Shown here: positions 12,872 to 23,421 of the stretch, in pieces
Position numbering within the stretch: position 1 is the first letter of the stretch
Layout: every line of letters starts with the position of its first letter
The notes under the pieces: model-generated
The model's database searches: none
What the model saw: only the letters and a program-made list of their open reading frames with translations
What the model was told of the DNA's origin: nothing
Program-made: the position numbers and the translations under genes
Assembly (NCBI RefSeq): GCF_001194135.2
Contig: NC_068989.1
Location: 22,364,072-22,428,071 of the forward strand
DNA length: 64,000 nucleotides
Direction of reading: 5' to 3'
From: Octopus bimaculoides
Taxonomy: Eukaryota

Positions 12872-15800
12872 GTTATTATTATTATTCAGATCACTGCCTA
12901 AAATCGAACTTGGAATCTCGGGGTTAGTAGACCATGCTCTTAACCACTATGCCATATGTCCCCAGGACACCTGATGAAGGCTGAAGGGTATATCAGCCAA
13001 AACGTTGTGTTAACAAACAAGATGAGGACAAATATCCATCAAATGTAAATAATGTAAATAGTTTTTCCATTCAATCTCCTTTCCAATAACTTATACGTAG
13101 CTGCCTATCACTGTCTTTCTTCCATTGCTCTCTCTCTTCTATCACTGTTTCTCCAGCTTTACCCATACTCTTCCTACTTTCACCCAGGTTCTTTCTCTGT
13201 CAACATTTCATTTTTCCTTCCATTCATCTTCACAGTCATGTTTGCCTTGGATGAACAGAGACAATGTAGAGTAGAGAATAGTTTTTAGTCCAGCAGGAGT
13301 CAGCACAACTTCTGTCATGTTATCATGATCAAATACTCTCAGTAAATATCCAAAAGCAATTAGCAAACAAATAGTGGTGGCTCAAGTTAGAGAGGACATG
13401 GCACAGTTACTGTGCTGGTGCCACTTCAAAATGCACCCAGTATACTCTGCAAAGTGGTTGGCATCAGGAAAAGTATAAAGCAGTTAAAATTATATCAAAA
13501 AATTTAACACTTAAGCAAGTCATTGCACCAACCAATCTTTTGTTGTTGGCACTCCGTTGCTTACGATGTCGAGGGTTCCAGTTGATCCTATCAACGGAAC
13601 AGCCTGCTCATGAAATTAATGTGCAAGTGGCTGAGCACTCCACAGACACGAGTACCCTTAACGTAGTTCTCAGGGATATTCAACGTGACACAGTGTGACA
13701 AGGCTGACCCTTTGAATTACAGGCACAACAGAAACAGGAAGTAAGAGTGAGAGAAAGTTGTGGTGGAAGAGTACAGCAGGGTTCGCCACCATCCCCTGCC
13801 GGAGCCTCGTGGAGCTTTAGGTGTTTTCGCTCAATAAACACTCACAACGCCCGGTCTGGGAATCGAAACTGCGATCCTATGACCGCGAGTCCGCTGCCCT
13901 AACCACTGGGCCATAGTACCTCCACTCACCAACCAATCTATAAGGGCAGTAACTCCAAATAAGACCTGATTCAGACTGTAACAATCTGTTCAACCTATAC
14001 CAGCATGAAAAGATTACATAAAAATGAAGACAATGATGGTGACCATAATAATATTCATCAAAGTAAAATTGAAGAAGTGATGCTATAGATGGCATCACTT
14101 CTTCAACAAATTTAACAACTCTTCTCTATCTTGATTTGTCACCATTTGTTTGCTCATCACTTTACAGTGTCTACTGGGAGTATTCGACCATGGCAACATG
14201 ATAAAAGCTGCATTGACTCCTGCTGGACTAAAAGCTATTCTCTACTCTACATTGTCTCTGTTCATCCAAGGCAAACATGACTGTGAAGATGAATGGAAGA
14301 GAAAATGTTGACAGAGAAAGAATCTAGGTGAAAGTAGGAAGAGTATGAGTATAACTGGAGAAACAATGATAGGAGTGAGAGAGTGGTAGCAAGGGAGAGG
14401 TGGCAATGAAATAAATAAATAAATAAATACATAAGAACATAGGAATGCCAATGGTTGGATGAGGAAAGATGTTCTGGTCACAGGCACTTGGACTGGTGTT
14501 CAGGCAAGGCACAGAATGCTTCAGGTTTGAGTCACCTAATAGTTGAGCAGTGAAGGTTCGCAGAAACAATAGAAAATTCTATTGCCATTAGAGAAAACTT
14601 TGGTGTTAATCGCAGGTCAATAATTAATTTCAGAAATCAATTACTATACAATTGATGTCATAGGATTTATTTTAAATTGATTAGGGTTAACATTGGTCTC
14701 ACAGAAAGAGGAGTAGAAGGGAGATTAATCCAAAGATTATAATTAGATTTTAGCCAACTTCTTTTCCACTGATTTTACATTAAACTGTAAACAAGATAAA
14801 ATATGGAGACGATTTCAAACAAATGAAAATCTTTAATTTGTACAAATATTGATAAATTTGCAGGCATAAAACTACTAAAAGGATGTATGTATATCTGTTA
14901 TAGCCTTTTTCGTTCTATCAATCCAGCATACACCAGTTCACCAATATCTCTGTCTGTCTTTCAGTATTTGTCTGTCTGTTTCTCTCTCTCTCTCTCTCTC
15001 ACTCACACACGTTAGACATAATATTTCTTAAACTTACCTGCATACGATGTTCTTTCTTGTCTACATCAAATTTGACCAAAGCTACTTCAAAATCATGTAA
15101 GATGTTATTATGTTTAGCCATGTCTGTACTTAAAATACACCTAAAAAGAATGACCAAAAATATTTATAAAGCATGCTTAATTCCTGTACAAAAATACAGT
15201 CATGGCCATAAGTTTGGAACATCTTTTTAAAATTTCAAGTTGTTGTGCCCAAGTACAATTCAATTCAAATATAACTTTGGGCATTTGATATAAAAATTCT
15301 AATCTTCAGACCTATGTTCCCAAATTTTTAGCCACAACTGTAAACTTGAAATTAAATCAAGTAAAAGCTTAACTACATACAAATCCATCTATAAGTTTTA
15401 CAAGTGCAGAACTGATCATCCAGATTCTCAACTTCATGTTTAGCAGTGTGTTTCAATTGGTTAATTCTACAATTATTTAAAGGTGGTATTCTATTTCATA
15501 CATACTCATCCTTTGGCTACAACTGACTGTACAAACTTTTATTTGTAACACAAGGTACAAGTCACAAATTTGTGCAGTGTAGGATCATAAAATCTACTGG
15601 ATCAATTTCAGTAATTATATTGAGACTCAGTTTATCAAGTCTGGATAGCTGAAAGGCCAGCTCCAATAAAGGGACATAACTAAATACTTGACTAGTGTTT
15701 TAATTCATCAACCCTGGAGGGATGAAGGGCAAATTTCACCTGGATGGGATCTGAACTCAAAACTTGGAGATAGAACAAATGCTGCAACGCAATAGTTCTG

Positions 15801-16017
15801 ATGCTCCAACGGTTCTGCCGGCTTACTGCCTGATAATAACAATTGTAGAAGTTGGTTGATTACTTTAAACCCAGTGCTTGACCGATACTTATTTCATTGA
15901 CCCTGAAGGGATGAAAGGCAAAGTCAATCTCAGGGGATTTGAACTCAGGATGTAAAGACATGAAATGTCACTAAGCATTTTATCAAGTGTGCTAACGATT
16001 TTGCCAGCTCATTGCCT

Positions 16018-16062
<45 letters not shown>

Positions 16063-19000
16063 CATCATCCTTTCTATTAAAGGCACAAGGCCTGATTTTT
16101 GGAGGCTGGGTAAGTCAATTACATCAACCACAGTGTTCAACCAGTAATTATTTCCTCAACCCTGAAAGGATAAAAGGCAAAATCGACCTTGACAGCATTT
16201 GGACTCAGAACATAAAGACAGATGAAATGCTGCTAAGCATTTTGTCCAGCATGTGACCCCAAAAGGATGAAAGGCAAAGTCAACCATGGTAGAATTTGAA
16301 CTCAGAATGTAAAGGTGGATGAAATGATGCTAAGCATTTTGTCTGATGTGCTAACGATTGTGCCAAGCTTGCTGCCTTAATAATAATAATAATCCTTTCC
16401 ACTATAGGCACAAACCCAGAAACATGGGGGAGGGGACTAGGTGATTACATTGACCCCAGTGTTTCACTGGTACTTAATTTATCAACCCCCCAAAGGATGA
16501 AAGGCAAAGTTGACCTCGGTGGAATTTGAACTCAGAATGTAATGACAGGAGAAATACTGCTAAGCATATCTATCGTCCGGCCTGCTAACAATTCTACCAG
16601 CTTTCCACCTTCACAGCAATAATAATAATAATAATAATAATAATTCCATCAGATTTTGGCACAAGGCCAGCAAGTTTACATTGACCTCAGTGCTCAACTG
16701 GGGCTTATTTCATTGATCCCATGGAAAAAATGAAAGGCAAAGCTGACCTCAGTGGAGTTTGAACTCAGAAGCTAAAGAGTTAGAAGAAATGCCACTATGC
16801 GTTTTGTCTGACATGCCACTGATTCTGCTAGCTTGCTGCTTTAATAATAATAACAACAACAGCAATGAGAAGAGAATGTATAGAAGGTTGTATCTACTAT
16901 ATTATATTACTGGTATTGGAGTAGAGAATGTTCAAGAGATGGACATAATAGATACATTTTATCAAATTTTGGCAGGATTTTTACTAAGTTTATGTAAAGA
17001 AATGTAAGTGAACATCACGTTAATCTGACACCTAATTTCTGCCAATCTAATGGTGCCTCAAAACAACAATAACAATAACATTTAGGAACCAGTGAGTGAG
17101 AATCCATGCAGTTGCTTGATCTGATAGAAATAACAGTCATGTCTCTTTCAGTTTACATCCTGCTTGCTATCTTACATAAGGACAGGATATGTTAGATAAT
17201 GTAGTCCAACATGTTCTTATAAGATGGTTTTGGCTAGATTGCCTTTGATCCTAGATCTGCCTGGGGCCAAACAACAACAATAATAATAATGGCAATTATG
17301 TTGGGAGACTTGTGATGATGAGGAGGAGGAGGAAGAAGAGGAAGATGAAGAGGGGGAAGATGAAGAGGGGAGGATGAAGAGGGAGAGGAGGAGGAAGTGG
17401 AGGTGGAAGAGGAGGAAGTGGAGGTGGAAGAGGAGGAAGATGAAGAGGGAGAGGAGGAGGAGGAGGAAGTGGAGGTGGAAGATGAAGAGGGGGAAGATGA
17501 AGAGGGAGAGGAGGAGGAGGAGGAAGAGGAAGGGGAAGAGGAGGAGGAGAGCAATGTAATAGCAAATGCCCACATGTTCATGTGTAACTGGTATCTAGCA
17601 GCAAGTTAATCCTGATCAAACAGGCATATGATAAAAGACATTCCATGCATAACCATCCCATCTTTTTAGAAATGAGTCTGACCAGATTATGAGTATCACT
17701 AATATTGCAGGGTGTGATATGAGTGTGATTTGACTGCTATTTCTAGCATGTCAAGTGACCAGATTGTCTTGGGTCCTATACGTAGTAGTAACACTACAGT
17801 GAAGTTTTCTAATCCTAATTGTACACCGTCTTTGGAGAAGACTTGGCTCTGATTCCATATTTAATGGCAGGTAATCTTAGCATTAAAAACATAAGACGTT
17901 ATTACAATGACGGAAACAATAATATTAGCTTTCAACCCACTTGTTAATCTGAATGTGTGACGAAGGATTAAAGGAATGATATAATGGAATAATGGTATAG
18001 TGACATTGTAGAATAATTGGATAAAACAATCTCATCTCATCTCATCAATGACTCATCATTAATTACCACATTAATTACAATCTCGGAGATTAAGGTGATT
18101 AGGAAAATAGTAACTAATGACGGAGAAAGTTGTCATCATGGTAAAAGAAAGAAAATAACAACAGTATGGTCTATGACAACAAAAACAGCAACAGTAACAA
18201 GCTCCTTTTGACTTGTTAGTAATAGCAGCCAAATCTAGTCACACAATAATGTCTTTAAAAAATAAGAATATATGGGATAAGATACTCCTAAATATGTTGT
18301 TGTTGGCACTCCGTCGCTTACAACATCGAGAGTTCCAGTTAATCTGATCAACGGAACAGCCTGCTCATGAAATTAACGTGCAAGTGGCTGAGCATTCCAC
18401 AGACACGTGTACCCTTAACGTAGTTCTCAGGGAGATTCAGCGTGACACAGTGTGACAAGGCTGACCCTTTGAATTACAGGCACAACAGAAACAGGAAGTA
18501 AGAGTGACAGAAAGTTGTGGTGAAAGAGTACAGCAGGGTTCGCCACCATCCCCTGCTGGAGCCTCGTGGAGCTTTAGGTGTTTTCACTCAATAAACACTC
18601 ACAATGCCCGGTCTGGGAATCGAAACCGCGATCCTATGACCGCAAGTTCACTGCCCTAACCACTGGGCCATTGCGCCTCCACACTCTTAAATATACTATG
18701 CCTGAAAACAACTGCAAAAACAGCAGTAACAGCAACATGGTCAATAAGAACAACAACAGACACAAGCTCTTTTTAACCTGTTAGTAATAGTAGCTAAATT
18801 TCATTCAAGTCACACAAGAAGGATATATTGGATAATGTACTCCTAGATATGCTATGCATGAAAACAAAGACAGAGCAATCATGAATGAAATTCTTTTGAC
18901 AATAGGTATGCAGAATCAAAGCCGACATGAGAAATCAAATTAATATATTTTCTCAGTAATATAAATATTTACATGTACAATCAAACAACAGAACCACTAC

Positions 19001-21579
19001 ATTTGATCTGCAAAAATAATAGACAAATCTCCTTCAAGTCATACCCTAGCTTCTTTAAAAAACCCCAGAAAGGATGACTCATATAATCTTAGGAACATTA
19101 TACACCAAAAGAAGATGGGATGTTTACAGCTGGAACAGCTTTGATCACAGGTCTGCTCAATTAGATTTAAACATTAGAATACTCCAAAACATTTAGACAC
19201 ATGAATATTATAGTAAAACACTAATACAGCACCAGTCTAAAATCATGATTACTTCAATTTGTTCCTGGCGGAATACAGAATCAGCACTTATGTGCAAAAA
19301 AGATGATCCCTGTCAACAGGAAACCTTAGGGACCTTAAATGTAGCTACAATTCTATTAAAAACAATTGTTTGTCCACATTTCTGGTATTGAGCACCAATT
19401 TTTTCAGTTCATTACTTATGTACATACATAAGCACACAAACATACACCAAGGCAGACAAGTGGGTAGGTAGGCACATTACCGGATTAATAGATATAAATA
19501 TATGTGTATGTGTGAATGTGTCTATGTATGTAAGTATATTAAATATACTTAATCATATGATTAGGCAATCAACACTACAAATAAAGAACTCAGTACAATT
19601 GAAACGTGGAGTATATTTCCTTGAAAACAATATTTCATGAGCAGATAACAGGTTTCACAATTTATATATATGCACGACATTGCAGATGTTGGCATGGCTG
19701 TGTAGTTAAAAAAAGGCATCAGGGCTGACCAAGGGCTAAAGTACAGAACAACAACATCAGCAATAATGAAAACCCTTTCACTAACACCAATGCATTGGTA
19801 CAGAGGGGGACATAACTGATTTAACTGAAGTTAATTCCAGTCAATGCCAAGTAATTTTACTGATCCAATACAGTTGAATCCAGCTGAATTTGAAGTTATG
19901 AGTCTAGATGCATAAAACTAAATACTATAAGATTTTACTGTTTCTGTACCCAACTGTTTTGGCCACTCCACTGCACTCCTAACAACAGCAATATCAACAA
20001 TTTCAACCACAACTGCAGCAACAGTAACGATAGTAAACCAACTTGAGAAGCCCTATATAGTCACTCAATCTACAATGGGAACAGCAGCCAATTTTTTCTT
20101 ATTTCCATGTCATTTTCTACCATATTGAAAGAATGTAATCCAAGACAATTTACAGAAATAAGATGGAAATGTCATGATTGAGTTTGCACTTTCAGAGCTG
20201 AACTAGAATTGAAACAACACCAACGCTAAAGTGGAGAAACAAAACAAAGCAGTGTCTTACCTAATGATACCTTGGCGGACAACAGTGTACTGTTGTGGAG
20301 ACAGGTTCTTCAGTAAGTCAGTTTTCTCTAATATTCGGAATGCCACATCACAGTGATGGTTCTCCAAAGGTGACCTGTCATTATAAGTTCGTGCCAAAAT
20401 GGTATGGGCATTCACCTGAAGTGGAGAGAGGAACACATCTTTAAATATACATACATATACATGTATGTGTATATGATATGTATGTATGCACTTATGTATA
20501 TGTGTGTGTATGTAAAGAGTTTGTGAATATGAGAATTTGTGTGTGTCTGTGTGTATGTGTGTATATCATCATCATCATCATCATCATCGTTTAACGTCCG
20601 CTTTCCATGCTAGCATGGGTTATATATATATATATGTGTGTGTGTGTGGGTGCATGCTTGGATAAACTTGCTCTTATGTAGAGGGAGAGTGCATGCCACT
20701 TTAGCACAAAAACAAGTGTGTGTGGGTGTGTGTGCATGCTTCATTATTGTTTTTATGTGCATGTCTATGTATATATGTACAAAACAACTTATTTGCTCAA
20801 AACGAAAACTGGAAAGGCATTTCTCCCAGTTGATAAGTTCAGAGATGAAAGAATTTGATAAAAATGTTTCTGTAGCTTCTCTTAACCACTCCTAATGTTT
20901 TCAATTTTTAAACAAGGTTTTCCACTAGTCAAACCATCAGTTAATATGGCTCTAGATACACAGCAACAGACACAATCTCTTACCCTCCCATCCAACCTTC
21001 CCAGCCACCAACCAACCTCAAATTTTCCATCACCTTCCTCCCAGTCCATTTTCCTTCAAGCTGTATAGCTTAAAGCACCATGCTATGTCACAGCTAAAGA
21101 AATAACATCTAGCTGCTGTTTTAATGCGTTCTTGAGCAGGATAAACCATTTCATCTAAAATAACTTCAACTGAAGAGGTTGTTGTTCTTCATCGTCGTCG
21201 TCATCATCATCATCATGGGTTGGATGGTTTGACAGGGGTTGGCTAAGCAGAAGACTGAACCAGCCTTCACTGTCTGTTTTGTCAGGGTTTTTACAGCTAG
21301 ATACCCTTTCTAACATCAACCACTTTGCAGAGTAGACATCAAAATTCCCTGAAGCCTCTTATCATTCAGTTTTACAAGTAGAATTGCATGTTTTTCAACA
21401 AGTAGCCAATAAGAGACTGCTAAATCTCTCTTTAGCTAAATCTTTCTTGAATTACAGTCAATGATCTTTAAAATGAAAAGACAGACCAGATAATATTAAA
21501 CAAGAACAACAGTCATTTTGATAAGTTTGTGGAGAAAATATCCAAATGCATACAAACCAACTAGACATTCATTTGCAAA

Positions 21580-21634
<55 letters not shown>

Positions 21635-21757
21635 NNNNNNNNNNNNNNNNNNNNNNNNNNNNNNNNNNNNNNNNNNNNNNNNNNNNNNNNNNNNNNNNNN
21701 NNNNNNNNNNNNNNNNNNNNNNNNNNNNNNNNNNNNNNNNNNNNNNNNNNNNNNNNN

Positions 21758-21808
<51 letters not shown>

Positions 21809-22909
21809 TAGCTCATATTTTACCATTTCAGAAAAGCTGGCTAACAAATTACTTACATGGTAAATATTGTTAAAACCAGAATGTTCTAAATCATGACATA
21901 TTGCAGATACAAGTAATGTGAGGATCTCTTCTTCAGAAAATAAACTGCAGAGTTCTAAATGCCATATAAGGCAATACATCTGAAAAAGAACAAAACACCA
22001 GAAATTATTACAGCAGTTTCAATAATCAGAATACATAGAGTTTTCTTTAATCAGAGCCATCATTTCCAACAATTTAATAAAATCTCAGTTAAATGTATCA
22101 TACTGTAACTACATGTTATGTTAAAAAAACAGTGGGGGATGTCCTCCAGCCATTAGGGATTACAAGAGCTAGTTTTCACACACACTTAACAGCCTTCCAT
22201 ACAGTTACTGTCTACCAAATTTCACTTAGAAAGCACCAGCCGATTTATGGTTATAGTACTATTGCATGTTCATTTGTCAGAGCAAAGGGGATCATCTAGT
22301 CATCTATAGAGATGACTAGATGATTTGCATGGTAACTTTGTTTAAAGTGAAGAAAAGTTGCATACCATCAACCTCACTCTCTCATCCGTGGTCATCTTCA
22401 GTCCAGTGGCAAGACCAGGTCAAGACAACTGAGGATGGAAACAGATGCAGTAGATAACTAAAATGTCTTAATTGCCTCGTCTTGCTCTCTGCACTCCACA
22501 ATGTGTTGCTGCAACTGTCCTCCTCTCTGTTGAACCATAAAGGTTTCCTCCACAGAGTCTATCAAATCCAGTTATCACATGCATAAGTAGGTAAGCCCTA
22601 ACATGCTAATTAACCCATAACTGGGACCCTGACAGGTGCTACTCCTCTGGATCAGAGAAGACCTGAGAACAATTGTGGCCAAAAGGTGATTCCACACACT
22701 TCAGATAAGAGAACCCAGAACTCCTGAACAAGGCCCACATATTGGATGCACTTTAAAATCATATCCAGGACATGGCTATAGGAGACGATACTTAAGTCAA
22801 ATACTGGGAACAAACCCAAAAGTATATGTTTACAGAGCAATCAACTTTACCACATAGCAATACTTGCAGCTTAATCTTAACACGGGTATTCCTGTACCTA
22901 CCTACCTAC

Positions 22910-22973
<64 letters not shown>

Positions 22974-23361
22974 CATGCATGTAGATAAATTTACAGTATA
23001 CAATCTCATTAGATGAAGTTAAATTTTAGATCTCTTGTCTCCTCAGATAATCACAAAATCTTGGTGTATTCCCAACGTCATTGAATAATGATTTATTGCC
23101 ATGCCATGGGGTGGGGAATGGTGAAGCTGGTATAAAAGCTGCAACCAAGAATCAAGATGCCAATATCAAAGTAGGACACACGTAGGACAATCCAGAACAC
23201 AAATGGAAACACTCATGCAATCACTGATTACTTAAGGTAAAAGCAACGAGTAAAGAAATACGAATATAATTATATCTTCTGAAACTGGTACAGCACGATG
23301 TAATATATCTTAACTAAGTCCAGTCATCAGCAGCAGTGGAGATGAGTGCTGAGTGCTGAAT

Positions 23362-23421
<60 letters not shown>

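Larger units (their letters stand above)
12661..13060. mobile_element. Composite foldback element: Penelope-type inverted arms with hammerhead cores around a tRNA-derived head
   Basis: Arms ~12701-12790 and ~12960-13055 are reverse complements. The interior has (ATT)n and a minus-strand tRNA-like head (A box TGGCATAGTGG, B-box-like AGTTCGATT) at ~12890-12960. Confidence 0.75.
17075..20225. mobile_element. Cluster of a further short interspersed repeat (family E)
   Basis: Recurring ...GCAGCCAAAT..CTCAAATCACAC...GGATAATGTAGTCC...GATGGGATGGTC..GCTGG...TTTGATCATAG...GGGCTAAACAACAA at ~17075-17285, 17560-17770(+), 18170-18295, 18740-18920, 18990-19170, 20040-20225. Also at ~8690-8910, 9480-9570, 11290-11500, 47130-47390, 47990-48130. 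Confidence 0.65.

Noticed and set aside
12890-12960. tRNA-like sequences here and at the heads of SINE families A-D
   Set aside because: They have A/B boxes but no complete cloverleaf or acceptor stem and are fused to repeat bodies; these are SINE heads, not tRNA genes.
15550-16845. Repeat-spacer look suggesting a CRISPR-like array
   Set aside because: Units are 120-280-bp diverged SINEs in a eukaryotic intron; no short constant repeats or cas genes.
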